Translations under genes and position numbers: made by a program
Origin: an uncultured Actinomycetota bacterium
GTDB lineage: Bacteria > Actinomycetota > Actinomycetes > JAHEKZ01
Length of the DNA: 64,000 bases
NCBI GenBank assembly: GCA_963718235.1
Contig: CAVQYR010000002.1
Location: 480,001 to 544,000, forward strand
Direction of reading: 5' to 3'
Notes under the pieces: model-generated
Database searches by the model: none
What the model saw: the letters and a program-made list of their open reading frames with translations, nothing else
What the model was told of the DNA's origin: nothing
Shown here: piece by piece, positions 11,069-20,374 of the stretch
How the letters are laid out: the number at the start of each line of letters is the position of its first letter
Numbering within the stretch: position 1 is the first letter of the stretch

Positions 11069-13303
11069 GTGACGCTCGTCGACGCGAAGCTCGCGGCGCC
11101 GAGTCTTCAGCGTGACGTGGTCGAGCGGCCAAGGGTCACCCGGGCGCTCGAGCAAGGCGCGCATGCACGGGTGACGCTTCTCGAGGCCCCAGCGGGATAC
11201 GGGAAGTCGACGGCGATCCGTTCGTGGTGCGCGAATCAGGATGCCGGAGTGATGTGGGTGACGCTCGACTCCGGTGACGACGACCCCGTACGAATGTGGT
11301 CCTACATCGCGACCGCCGTCGAGCGGATCCGGCCAGGCGTGGCGCACTCGGTGCTGCAGAGCCTCGAGATCCAGGGAATGGACATCGAGCATGCTGTGGA
11401 CGAGCTTTTGACGCTTTTCGGCCGGTCACGGAGTCCGGCGATCCTGGTCCTCGACGATCTTCATACCGTGACCAGCCACGAGTCACTCGCATCGATCGAC
11501 CGTGCGCTGAGCCATCTGCCCGACAACCTCCGCGTGATCATCGGCACCCGTGTGGATCCACCACTTGCGATCCCGCGGATGCGAGCTGCGCAACAGCTGA
11601 CGGAACTGCGCGCCAGTGATCTGGCATTCGCCGTACCAGAGGCGCACTCTTTGCTTGTCGACCATTTCGGGCTCAACCTGTCGTCGGACCAGACCGCGGC
11701 GCTGGTCGAACGGACGCAGGGCTGGCCCGCCATGCTCGTTCTCACCGGAATCTGGCTGCGCGGTGTCAACGACCCGGAGAGCGCCGTGGCGAGATTCAGC
11801 GGTGCCCAGCAGTTTGTCGCGGACTACCTGAGCACGGAAGTGCTGGCGGCACTCGACGATGAGCGTCGCACGCTACTGCAGCAACTGGCTGTGCTGGGTC
11901 AGTTCACGCCCGCCCTGTGCGACGCCGTGTTGGAGCGCACGGACTCGGAGAAGATGATCGAGGACCTCCGACACTCCGGACTCTTCGTGTCACGGCTCGA
12001 CCAAGGAAGCTGGTACCGCATCCACCCGCTCTTCGCGGAGTACGCAAAGCTCGAGCTTGAAGCGACGGAGCCGGGGGCGGCGACAGTGATTCATCACAAC
12101 GCCTCACGCTGGCTGGCAGAGCGGTGGCCGGTCGACGCAATGGGGCACGCATCGGCAGCGGATGAGCCGGCGTATGTGGCAGAGCTGCTGGCGGAGCACC
12201 ATCTCAGCCTCATCCGAAGCGGGTCCGGTCGCACGCTCCTTCGCTGGGCGGGCACACTGCCCGACGATGTGCTGATCGCGCACCCTGAGGTCGCGGTGGC
12301 GTCAGCGATCGCGACTCTTCTCCTGAGCGCCAGCACGATGGATCGAAACCGCTACTTGGGCCTGGTGGACAGGGCGATCGACAAGGATCTCGCACCGGGA
12401 GACGGTTACGTGGCGTCCGCCGCACTGATCGCGCGCACGCTCGCGCTCGAGGGGGGCGTTACCGACGCGGTGGAGACCGGAAGACGGGCCGTCGGGTTGA
12501 CCCAGGGCATCTTCGACGACCTCTCCGATGGTGCGCTTGCAGCGACTGGTCGCGCGCTCTACTTCGCGGGAGCGGTCGACGAGGCTCGTGACATGGCGCT
12601 GCGGGCCTTGCAGAATCCCGACGCCGCGCGGCGTGCGCCGACGCTGATTCACGCGCACGCCACACTCGCGCTGGTCGCCGTGGAGCAGCGCAGACTCTCG
12701 TCAGCCCGGGGTCACGCCGACACGGCGAAGGACCTGGTTGGTCGGATCGGCACCAGTCGCAGCTGGCTGGGTGCGAACGTCGTTGCGGCCCGAGGCGCGC
12801 TGCTGCTCGCAGAAGGACAGCACGCCGAGGCCTGCCGGCAGCTCGCCACGGCCGAGCACTTCCTGCGCGACGACGTTGCGACCGTGCACCACACCTGGCT
12901 CCTCCTGCTGCTGGCCAGGGCATATGCCGGCCGCGGGCGTCTGGACGAGGCGTCGCAGACGGCGCGGGTCGCCCGTGACGCTCTCGCCGAGCTCCCGGAT
13001 ACCGGCATCCTGCCGGCGCTTGCGGACGCCACGGACCTGGACATCGTGCGAGCGGGCAAGCGTGCCCGCGACGGGGATATGCTCTCCGCGCCCAGCGACG
13101 CGGAAATGGCGGTTCTTCGGCTGATTGCCGAGGACCTCTCGCTCCGGGAGATCGGTGCGCGCTTGTATGTGTCGGAGAATACGGTTCGAACTCACCGGCG
13201 CGCCTTGTACCGCAAGCTCGGCGCACACTCGCGCGAGGAGGTGATCGCGAGGGCGATCGCACTTCAGCTTCTGGGCGAACAGGGGTCGCCGGCCGAGCTC
13301 TGA
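11069..13303 (+). CDS. MalT-like STAND ATPase / LuxR C-terminal transcriptional regulator
   Basis: Walker A 'APAGYGKST', Walker B 'LVLDDLH', 'TQGWPA', 'WYRIHPLFAE'; LuxR HTH 'IGARLYVSENTVRTH...LYRKLG'. Confidence 0.93.
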   Translation: MTLVDAKLAAPSLQRDVVERPRVTRALEQGAHARVTLLEAPAGYGKSTAIRSWCANQDAGVMWVTLDSGDDDPVRMWSYIATAVERIRPGVAHSVLQSLEIQGMDIEHAVDELLTLFGRSRSPAILVLDDLHTVTSHESLASIDRALSHLPDNLRVIIGTRVDPPLAIPRMRAAQQLTELRASDLAFAVPEAHSLLVDHFGLNLSSDQTAALVERTQGWPAMLVLTGIWLRGVNDPESAVARFSGAQQFVADYLSTEVLAALDDERRTLLQQLAVLGQFTPALCDAVLERTDSEKMIEDLRHSGLFVSRLDQGSWYRIHPLFAEYAKLELEATEPGAATVIHHNASRWLAERWPVDAMGHASAADEPAYVAELLAEHHLSLIRSGSGRTLLRWAGTLPDDVLIAHPEVAVASAIATLLLSASTMDRNRYLGLVDRAIDKDLAPGDGYVASAALIARTLALEGGVTDAVETGRRAVGLTQGIFDDLSDGALAATGRALYFAGAVDEARDMALRALQNPDAARRAPTLIHAHATLALVAVEQRRLSSARGHADTAKDLVGRIGTSRSWLGANVVAARGALLLAEGQHAEACRQLATAEHFLRDDVATVHHTWLLLLLARAYAGRGRLDEASQTARVARDALAELPDTGILPALADATDLDIVRAGKRARDGDMLSAPSDAEMAVLRLIAEDLSLREIGARLYVSENTVRTHRRALYRKLGAHSREEVIARAIALQLLGEQGSPAEL

Positions 13304-13454
13304 CAGCGCTCGACCAGGTCGAGAGACCGGCTGCGACTGCACCGAGGGCTCGTGCGCACTGGTCGGAGCGACGACAGCCCTCGGGATAGGCTTTGGGCGA
13401 AGTGCAGTGCGCCCACCCAGAGGAGGGCGCGTCCGACCCCCGAGGAGATTCCAG

Positions 13455-13817
13455 ATGCTTGAGTGGCTCGAGAGGTTCTTCGACAAGCACTTCCTCGGTT
13501 CTGGAACGACGTCGATCAGTCCAGAGGACGAGGTCGCTGAAGCGATCAGGGACGGTGCCATGATCCTCGACGTCCGCCTCGGTTTGGAAGCGAAGCGAGG
13601 GATGGTGCCGGGAGCGAAGAACATCGACCTGCTGGTCCTCGGTCGCCACCTGGACGAGTTGCCGCGGGACCGGACAATCGTGACCTACTGCAAGTCGGGC
13701 GGGCGTGCCGGCAAGGCCCGGGACATCCTTGCTGACAAGGGCTTCACGGTGGTCAACGGTGGGACCTACGACAGGGTCCTGAAGATCGCCCAGAAGAACC
13801 AGCCTTCGGCGGGGTAG
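13455..13817 (+). CDS. Rhodanese-like domain protein
   Basis: 'ILDVR', active-site loop 'YCKSGGRA'; ATG 13455 after GAGGAG. Confidence 0.85.
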   Translation: MLEWLERFFDKHFLGSGTTSISPEDEVAEAIRDGAMILDVRLGLEAKRGMVPGAKNIDLLVLGRHLDELPRDRTIVTYCKSGGRAGKARDILADKGFTVVNGGTYDRVLKIAQKNQPSAG

Positions 13818-13865
13818 GCGCGAAGGTGCGTCCGCGCAACGGCGCTTGAGCCTTTGCGCCCCGAG

Positions 13866-13877
13866 TCACCCGGGTGA
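13866..13877. promoter_or_regulatory. Palindromic operator TCACCCGGGTGA (copy 2)
   Basis: 38 nt upstream of CATCGT (13916-13921), which is 6 nt before ATG 13928. Confidence 0.7.
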
Positions 13878-13927
13878 TTCGCTGCTGGAGCCGAGTCCCG
13901 CACCGGTGAAGATGTCATCGTCAAGTC

Positions 13928-14461
13928 ATGGGCTCATCAAGGCAACCCGCGGAGACGCCGCAGCGAGTGCCAGGCCCAGGCGCCAAGCGTGGGCTGGGCC
14001 GCGCGAACGCCTGGCGGATCATCTCGACCGCCGTAGCCTCGTCGCCCGTGCTCGTCCGGGCCTTGATCCGGCCCACGGTGTCGCGGGCGCTGCGTGAGAA
14101 GTTGATGCTCGAGGTCAGCGCCGTCAATGACTGCCGGTACTGCCAGTGGGGTCACACGTATCTTGCGGTCTCGCAGGGCGTTCCCCTGGAGGAGATCAAC
14201 CAGATCTTCGGCTACCAGAACGAGGCTCTCCGTGCTCGCGACGCGGCCGAGGCGGCGGCGATTCTGTTCGCCCAGCACTACGCGGAGCGCCTCGAGGAGT
14301 ACGACCCGGCCGCGATGGTCGACTTGCGCCAGTACTACTCCCAGGCGCAATGCACCGAGATCCTTGCCTACTTGCGCGCGATCACGCTCGGGAACCTGAC
14401 CGGGAACAGCTTGGATGTGATCGTGGGTCACTGGTCCCCACGGCGCCGGGCACGCCGATAG
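13928..14461 (+). CDS. Carboxymuconolactone decarboxylase / AhpD family protein (CxxC)
   Basis: 'LREKLMLEVSAVNDCRYCQWGH'. Confidence 0.85.
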   Translation: MGSSRQPAETPQRVPGPGAKRGLGRANAWRIISTAVASSPVLVRALIRPTVSRALREKLMLEVSAVNDCRYCQWGHTYLAVSQGVPLEEINQIFGYQNEALRARDAAEAAAILFAQHYAERLEEYDPAAMVDLRQYYSQAQCTEILAYLRAITLGNLTGNSLDVIVGHWSPRRRARR

Positions 14462-14473
14462 TCTGGCTCGGCG

Positions 14474-15274
14474 ATGGCTGCCCCACTTTGGGGCCGTCGG
14501 GGAGGGGAGGCCAAGGTGCCACCAGAGGACACCGAGCGATCGACAGCCGTCGTCCCGCGCCACGACCCGGCGACGCTGCGATGGGGTCCGATGACCGTGA
14601 ACGGGCGCCACTATCCCTTGCTGGGCCAACGGAAGTTCGGTGCCGGCTTGCGGTTGTTCCAGCGGCGACGTGATCTCTGGGCGATCTACCGCCGCCAGCG
14701 GCTTGCGCCCCAGCTGCGGGAAGAGATCATGCTCTCCGCGGCGGGTGCCGACTCAAGCCGCCAGTGCAGCTACGCCCACCGCCAGTGGGCCGAGTCCGTG
14801 GGGGTCACTGAGGGGGAGCTCGCCGCGCTGGAGAACCTCGACTTCACCGCCTTCGACCGGCGTCGATGGGCGGCCTTCGCGTGGGCCCAGGCGTATGCGC
14901 GCAACGACCTTGGCCCGGTTCCTGATGATGTGGAAGCCGTCTTCCGCCACTACTACGACGCCCAGGAGCGGGCAGACATCGAGCTTGCCGCGCGTACGAT
15001 GTACTGGCTCAACGAGACCAGCAACAGCGTCGACGCCCTGCTCTCGCGTTTGCGCCGTGAGCCCCTCCCCGGAAGCACGCTGACCACCGAGATTGTCGCG
15101 TGGCTGCTGTATGCGCTCGTGGCGCCCGTCCTGTTCACCTGGTTGAGCATCCGGCAGGGGTATCGACCCATTCGGATGTTCCGAGGCATGCGTCCCTTCT
15201 TTCGAGAGTTCGAGACGCGTGGGCCCCACACAATCTCAGGGCCAGGCGTGCGGTACAGCGGTCCGATCTCGTAG
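14474..15274 (+). CDS. CMD/AhpD-like protein with SxxC motif and C-terminal hydrophobic segment
   Basis: 'LREEIMLSAAGADSSRQCSYAH' aligns with the upstream paralog. Start may be 14591. Confidence 0.72.
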   Translation: MAAPLWGRRGGEAKVPPEDTERSTAVVPRHDPATLRWGPMTVNGRHYPLLGQRKFGAGLRLFQRRRDLWAIYRRQRLAPQLREEIMLSAAGADSSRQCSYAHRQWAESVGVTEGELAALENLDFTAFDRRRWAAFAWAQAYARNDLGPVPDDVEAVFRHYYDAQERADIELAARTMYWLNETSNSVDALLSRLRREPLPGSTLTTEIVAWLLYALVAPVLFTWLSIRQGYRPIRMFRGMRPFFREFETRGPHTISGPGVRYSGPIS

Positions 15275-15279
15275 GAGGT

Positions 15280-15291
15280 TCACCCGGGTGA
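15280..15291. promoter_or_regulatory. Palindromic operator TCACCCGGGTGA (copy 3)
   Basis: 38 nt upstream of AATGCT (15330-15335), which is 6 nt before ATG 15342; same geometry as copy 2. Confidence 0.7.
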
Positions 15292-15341
15292 GGTGGGTGC
15301 GCAACCTGGCCCATCCGACCGCACGGGGCAATGCTTGCAGC

Positions 15342-15596
15342 ATGGGTGTGAAGACCTATCGCCTGACCGTCGAAGGTGAGCTCAGCGACAGTATGGCGCC
15401 AGCCTTCCCCGGAATGACCCTCACGCGTCGCGACGGAGTCACCACCCTCACCGGCGAGATCGTCGATCAGGCAGGGCTACAAGCAGTGATGCGCCGGCTG
15501 TCCGACCTGGGGCTCACCCTCCTGGAGTCGAAGGCGGTCGGAGGCACCCCGACGCAGCCACCCGCGGCGTCGTCCCCCACCAGCGCAAGCGGGTAG
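15342..15596 (+). CDS. Small conserved hypothetical protein (ACT-like, 'DQAGL' type)
   Basis: 'YRLTVEGELSD...AFPGM...TTLTGEIVDQAGLQAVMRRLSDLGLTLL', a pattern seen next to MalT-like regulators. Confidence 0.78.
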   Translation: MGVKTYRLTVEGELSDSMAPAFPGMTLTRRDGVTTLTGEIVDQAGLQAVMRRLSDLGLTLLESKAVGGTPTQPPAASSPTSASG

Positions 15597-15600
15597 TCAC

Positions 15601-16071
15601 ATGGTCTGGGCGATCCTTCTGCTGCTCGGCATTCCACTGTGGTTCATCGTGGTGGGAATCACGGTCACGGTGCTTCGGAACCGGAATCTGCGGCGTCGGC
15701 AAGGCAACTTCCCGGCTCGGGTTAGGCGACCCGGCAAGACGCGTTGGACTCGCGGAAACGCACTCTGGGTCTCGGACGTGTTCGCGTTCCGCGGCAGCCC
15801 GGCCGCTTGGAGTGAGGACATCGTCCACGTGGTCGGTCTTGCCTCTCGTGAGCCGTCCGACGAGGAGACTCACCGGCTCCGCCGACTGGGGGACCGCCTG
15901 CAGATTGCCACGCTCTCCGTCGCTGACGGCGATCCCTACGAGGTGGCGACTCAGGCCGAGCACAAAGCGGCACTGCACGGACCCTTCAGCGCACAACTGA
16001 CACCGGTCAACGCCGGGCCAACCGCCCCGGGGCTGGCCATCGACACGATCGAAGAGGAGACAAGCACATGA
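15601..16071 (+). CDS. Hypothetical membrane-anchored protein
   Basis: N-terminal TM followed by a basic stretch; coupled to both neighbours. Confidence 0.72.
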   Translation: MVWAILLLLGIPLWFIVVGITVTVLRNRNLRRRQGNFPARVRRPGKTRWTRGNALWVSDVFAFRGSPAAWSEDIVHVVGLASREPSDEETHRLRRLGDRLQIATLSVADGDPYEVATQAEHKAALHGPFSAQLTPVNAGPTAPGLAIDTIEEETST

Positions 16072-16751
16072 AGCTCAAGACTGGTCTGGACGGCACCTCT
16101 CGGATTCACAAGACGGACACGCGCGGCAACCTGTTCTGCGGGTTGGGCGCCTTCGTCGGCATCGGGCCGTTGCAGCGCGCACATGTCTACTCGGCGCCCG
16201 GTATCCCCGTGGACCCTGACGCCCACACGAAGATCGATCCGGTGAAGTTGGCCGTCGAGCTCGAGGTGGACATGTGCGCCGTGAACAGCGGGCGGCACTG
16301 GATGATGGACGAGTTCACCTTGTCTGCCGGCGAGATCCAGGACTTCCACGGTGTCGAGATGGTCTGGGCCGGCGACATGACCGGCGCGGAGATGATCTCC
16401 CAGTTCTCCTCCGCGTACAGCCCCTCCCTGATCTACCGCAACACCGACTGGGTCTGGCACGCGGGCAAGCCCGTGTACCTGCTGCGCGAGCCGAACGGGA
16501 CCGTGTGGGTCCTGCAGGAGTACGGCAACGAGGTCGACGAGACGTTGACGGCCGACAACCTCGAACGGCTGGGTGGCATGTACCAGAACCTGCCCGAGGG
16601 CTGGACCTTCGAGACCAAGATCCTGGACGAGGAGCTCTCGCTCGACACCTCCCGGGCAGGCGGCTGGGCTGCGATCGTGCGTGACGAGTTCGGCTGCACC
16701 TTCCAGGCCTGTGGCTACGGTGCGGACACCAGCGCGAACTTCATCCCCTGA
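16068..16751 (+). CDS. Conserved hypothetical protein
   Basis: ATGA overlap, GAGGAG RBS, GC3-rich codons; 'NSGRHWMMD', 'LPEGWTF'. Confidence 0.78.
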   Translation: MKLKTGLDGTSRIHKTDTRGNLFCGLGAFVGIGPLQRAHVYSAPGIPVDPDAHTKIDPVKLAVELEVDMCAVNSGRHWMMDEFTLSAGEIQDFHGVEMVWAGDMTGAEMISQFSSAYSPSLIYRNTDWVWHAGKPVYLLREPNGTVWVLQEYGNEVDETLTADNLERLGGMYQNLPEGWTFETKILDEELSLDTSRAGGWAAIVRDEFGCTFQACGYGADTSANFIP

Positions 16752-16771
16752 CTCAAGTCCCCAAGGAGGAC

Positions 16772-17338
16772 ATGATGGCCACTCCGACCCATAACGGGCG
16801 CCCGATCGTCGAGCAACGTCAGACCAAGCTGGGGCTCTACGTCACGGCCAAGGAAGCCTACGACATGTGGCAGGAGGACCCTCAAGGCGTCAAGCTCCTC
16901 GACGTTCGCACGCCGGAGGAGTGGGTCTTCACCGGCCACGCGCCAATGGCCGCGTTGATCCCGTTCGCATTTATGGCCTACGTCTGGGACGAGGAGAAGC
17001 AGGGATTCACCTGGTCCCTGAACCCCGACTTCCTCGCTTCGGTCAAAGAGCGGTATAGGCCCGAGGACACGATTCTCGTCACGTGCAGGTCTGGTGGACG
17101 AGGGGCGATGGCGATCAACATGATGACGGCAGCCGGGTACACCAGGGCCTACAACATCCTGGATGGGATGGAGGGCAGCAGGGTCGACGACCTCGACAGC
17201 GTGTTCAACGGTATGCGCCGCAAGAACGGATGGGTCATGTCAGGTCTGCCCTGGACCTACGACCTCGACCCCGAGGTGATGGCGATCCCCGAGCGCGAGG
17301 AAGTGGGAGAGCTTCACCCGGGGAACGCTGAGGACTGA
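16772..17338 (+). CDS. Rhodanese-like sulfurtransferase
   Basis: 'LLDVRTPEEW..TGH', 'NPDF', 'CRSGGR', 'YNILDGMEG', 'GW..SGLPW'. Confidence 0.88.
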   Translation: MMATPTHNGRPIVEQRQTKLGLYVTAKEAYDMWQEDPQGVKLLDVRTPEEWVFTGHAPMAALIPFAFMAYVWDEEKQGFTWSLNPDFLASVKERYRPEDTILVTCRSGGRGAMAINMMTAAGYTRAYNILDGMEGSRVDDLDSVFNGMRRKNGWVMSGLPWTYDLDPEVMAIPEREEVGELHPGNAED

Positions 17339-17429
17339 AGGGCAAGCAGGCATAGGAGGTTCCCCGTCCGATCACTCCGGCGAGGGGACACCTCCGTCGG
17401 CCTCGAGGAGATGTGTCACCACGGACCCG

Positions 17430-18101
17430 ATGAGTTCTGCCACTCGCGCGAGCCTACGGACCCCACGGTCAGCAGGCGTCGCAGGCATCATCTTCTCGGT
17501 GTTGCTCGGCGCCGTGTTCTTGCTGATTCGACTCTCGGTTCCGTCGAGTGAGTCCGCGAGCGGCAGTTGGACGGCAGATCCCGACAGGCGGGAAGCGGTG
17601 TCCCTCGCGCTCAACCTGGTGCCGTTCGCCGGCATCGCCTTCCTCTGGTTCATCGGCGTCATCCGAGACCGGATCGGCGAGTTCGAGGACCGCTTCTTCG
17701 CCACGGTCTTCCTGGGCAGCGGCCTGCTGTTCATCGCCATGGTGTTCGCCGGTGCTGCCGTCGTCGGCGGACTCCTGGGCGACCCGTCGATCAGCGAGGG
17801 CGGTGTGCCGGACCCTGTGCTTTGGGACCATGAGCGACGGGTCACGGTCACTTTGATCAACAGCTATGCGGTCAGGATGGCGGCCATCTTCATCGTCTCG
17901 ACGACGACGATCGGGATGCGTACCGGGATCCTTCCCCGCTGGCTCATCGTAGCCGGGTTCATCGCCGGAGCAGTGCTCCTCGTCGGAGCCAACTTCAGCC
18001 CTTGGTTGAACCTCTTCCTGCCAATCTGGGCTTTGGTGCTGAGCATCGACATCTTGGTCAGAAGCGGCAAGATCGAGCGCACCCTGCCGCTGGAGCGCTG
18101 A
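17430..18101 (+). CDS. Hypothetical multi-pass membrane protein
   Basis: About 6 TM segments; 'PFAGIAFLWFIGVIRDRIGEFEDRFFATVFLGSGLLF'. Confidence 0.8.
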   Translation: MSSATRASLRTPRSAGVAGIIFSVLLGAVFLLIRLSVPSSESASGSWTADPDRREAVSLALNLVPFAGIAFLWFIGVIRDRIGEFEDRFFATVFLGSGLLFIAMVFAGAAVVGGLLGDPSISEGGVPDPVLWDHERRVTVTLINSYAVRMAAIFIVSTTTIGMRTGILPRWLIVAGFIAGAVLLVGANFSPWLNLFLPIWALVLSIDILVRSGKIERTLPLER

Positions 18102-18207
18102 GTCATCGACCACGCGGAGCTCCGATCAGCATGTGGTTCTCCACGGTGTTCGCCGGTGAAGGGGAATTCGGTCGAGTGGTCACGAGAAGATCGGTGAGGG
18201 GAGTTCG

Positions 18208-19626
18208 GTGATGAGTGCACAGGACGCGAATGCGAGGGTCGTCCACCGCTCGCGGGCGGAGCGGGGGGCCGTGGGGAAGGCGGCGCGCAAGCGGGCGCCG
18301 TTGACGGATCACAGCCGGCTCGAGCTGGCTGGGTCACGGGACCCCGTGGGGCTGCTCCTTGGCCAGGCGCGGTCGCGGGTACCGGAGCTGGTGCCGCTGC
18401 GGCACGGCCGGATGTTGGTCTCGCCCTTCACCTTCTACCGAGGGGCGGCGCTGCCGATGGCAGCGGACCTGGCGGCCACTCCTTCGTCTGGGCTACGGGT
18501 GCAGCTGTGCGGTGACGCTCATCTGGCCAACTTCGGGGCATTCGCCTCGCCGGAGCGGCGGCTGGTCTTCGACGTGAACGACTTCGACGAGACCCTGCCC
18601 GGTCCGTTCGAGTGGGACGTCAAACGGCTGGTTGCCAGCCTTGCGGTGGCTGGACGGGCGAACGGTTTCACGGCGAAGGAACGGCGTGCGATCACCCTCG
18701 CCGGGGCGACCGGCTACCGCCAGGCGATTCGCGAGTTCGCCGAGCAGTCAGTGATGGCGGTGTGGTACGCCCACACCGACGTCGAGCAGGAGATCCGGCG
18801 CTTCCGCGCCGAGATCCCGAAAGCCCGGTTCAAGGCAGCCCAGAAGATGCTGGCCAAGGCGCACACCCGCGACAGCATGCAGGCCCTGAGCAAACTGACC
18901 GAGGAGAAGGACGGTCAACGTCGTTTTGTCGTCAACCCACCGCTCATCGTCCCTGTCGAGGACTTGTTCACCGAGTTCGACGCGGACACCATCTACCAGT
19001 TGGTGCACCAGGTGCTCCACGGCTACCAGAGAACACTGCAGTCAGACCGCCGCCACCTTCTCGAGCAGTTCGACCTGAAGCAGGTCGCCCGCAAGGTGGT
19101 CGGGGTCGGCAGCGTGGGTACGCGTGCCTATGCGCTGCTGCTGGAGACTGGCGACGGTATCGAACCGCTCTTCCTCCAGGCCAAGGAGGCGCAGGCCTCG
19201 GTGCTGGCTGACTACTGCGGGCGCAGCCAGTACCGGAACCAGGGCCAGCGGGTCGTGGCGGGGCAGCACCTGATGCAGGCTGCCAGCGACATCTTCCTCG
19301 GTTGGCGCCGGATCGCCGGCGATGACGGGGTGGCCCGGGACTTCTACATCCGCCAACTGCGCGACTGGAAGTTCTCCTTCCCGGTCGAGAAGATGATCCC
19401 CAAGGGAATGGCGATCTATGCCGGTCTCTGCGCCTGGACCCTGGCCCGTGCCCACGCCCGCTCCGGTGACCGGGTGGCGATCGCCGCCTATCTCGGCAAG
19501 TCGACCAAGTTCGACGAGGCGGTCGCCGACTTCGGAGAGCTGTACGCCGACCAGAACGAACGCGACTACGCGGCACTCGCCGACTCGGTCGCCTCCGGTC
19601 GCGCAGAGGCCACAACCGGACTCTGA
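18208..19626 (+). CDS. DUF2252 domain protein (kinase-like)
   Basis: 'RHGRMLVSPFTFYRGAA', 'CGDAHLANFG', 'NDFDE', 'KVVGVGSVGTR', 'FYIRQLRDWK'. Confidence 0.92.
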   Translation: MMSAQDANARVVHRSRAERGAVGKAARKRAPLTDHSRLELAGSRDPVGLLLGQARSRVPELVPLRHGRMLVSPFTFYRGAALPMAADLAATPSSGLRVQLCGDAHLANFGAFASPERRLVFDVNDFDETLPGPFEWDVKRLVASLAVAGRANGFTAKERRAITLAGATGYRQAIREFAEQSVMAVWYAHTDVEQEIRRFRAEIPKARFKAAQKMLAKAHTRDSMQALSKLTEEKDGQRRFVVNPPLIVPVEDLFTEFDADTIYQLVHQVLHGYQRTLQSDRRHLLEQFDLKQVARKVVGVGSVGTRAYALLLETGDGIEPLFLQAKEAQASVLADYCGRSQYRNQGQRVVAGQHLMQAASDIFLGWRRIAGDDGVARDFYIRQLRDWKFSFPVEKMIPKGMAIYAGLCAWTLARAHARSGDRVAIAAYLGKSTKFDEAVADFGELYADQNERDYAALADSVASGRAEATTGL

Positions 19627-19695
19627 CGGACCCACCGAGTCAGAATCAGGTCCTCCCAGACGTCGGGGGACGTCTGGGAGGACCTGACCGACGAG

Positions 19696-19833
19696 CTAGC
19701 GGTCGCGACGGTCCTCGCGTCGGTCGCCACGGTCGTCGCGTCGGTCAGCCCTGCGGTTGTGGCCATGAGCAACGACGGCTGCTCCGCCGACCGCTGCGAT
19801 CCTCCTGCGCCTGCGTCGGTTTGCCATCGGCAT
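19696..19833 (-). CDS. Small Arg/Asp-rich protein (45 aa)
   Basis: ATG 1 nt after the DUF6325 stop, AGGAAGGAG RBS; MPMANRRRRRRIAAVGGAAVVAHGHNRRADRRDDRGDRREDRRDR. Confidence 0.6.
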   Translation of the reverse strand: MPMANRRRRRRIAAVGGAAVVAHGHNRRADRRDDRGDRREDRRDR

Positions 19834-19834
19834 G

Positions 19835-20281
19835 TCAGGCTCCTTCCTCGGCGTCGGCCTCGATTGCCGCCAACACCGCCTGTGTCGGGATCCGTCCGGT
19901 GGCCACGAGCTGGCCGCCGGCCTTACGAACTGCGCTGCCGAACGGTGCGGCCCAGAGGTTCTCCCACACCACGACGGCGGCGGTGCTGCCCGGCTCAATG
20001 GTCTCAGCCAGGTCCAGCACGTCCTGTTCGCTGAGCACCATCGCTAGCTCAGCCTCTGTCATCCGGAGCTCTCCGAGTTCGCTGGGGTCCAGTTCGGAGA
20101 GCTCAACAACGTTCAACGTGCCGTCGGTGTCCTTCTGCAGCACCATCAGGTCGAGCACGCGCACCAGCCCACGGTCGACCAGGTCGACGAGGTGTGGTGC
20201 GATCTCTCCAGTTGGTTGTTTGCCGGGGAACTCGAGCACGAACCAGTCAACCGGTCCGAGTTCGTCGACGTTCATAGCCAT
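19835..20281 (-). CDS. DUF6325 (DUF1269-like) family protein
   Basis: 'LGPVDWFVLEFPG...RVLDL...VVWENLWAAPF..A.R.AGG'. Confidence 0.88.
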   Translation of the reverse strand: MAMNVDELGPVDWFVLEFPGKQPTGEIAPHLVDLVDRGLVRVLDLMVLQKDTDGTLNVVELSELDPSELGELRMTEAELAMVLSEQDVLDLAETIEPGSTAAVVVWENLWAAPFGSAVRKAGGQLVATGRIPTQAVLAAIEADAEEGA

Positions 20282-20374
20282 TCGATCCTCCGATCTGGCG
20301 TACGGTCACCCGTCGCCATTGAGTGGTACCTGTACTGCGGGCCTCAGCGCCCGCACTCTTCCCCTGCCGCACCG

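Noticed and set aside
11136-11146. Partial operator-like sequences inside CDSs (TCACCCGGGCG here; TTCACCCGGGGAA near 17313)
   Set aside because: Imperfect, intragenic, and expected by chance at this GC content.
18155-18210. Imperfect direct repeat GGTGA(A)GGGGA(A/G)TTCGGT upstream of DUF2252
   Set aside because: Only two copies, one overlapping the RBS and start codon; no further support.
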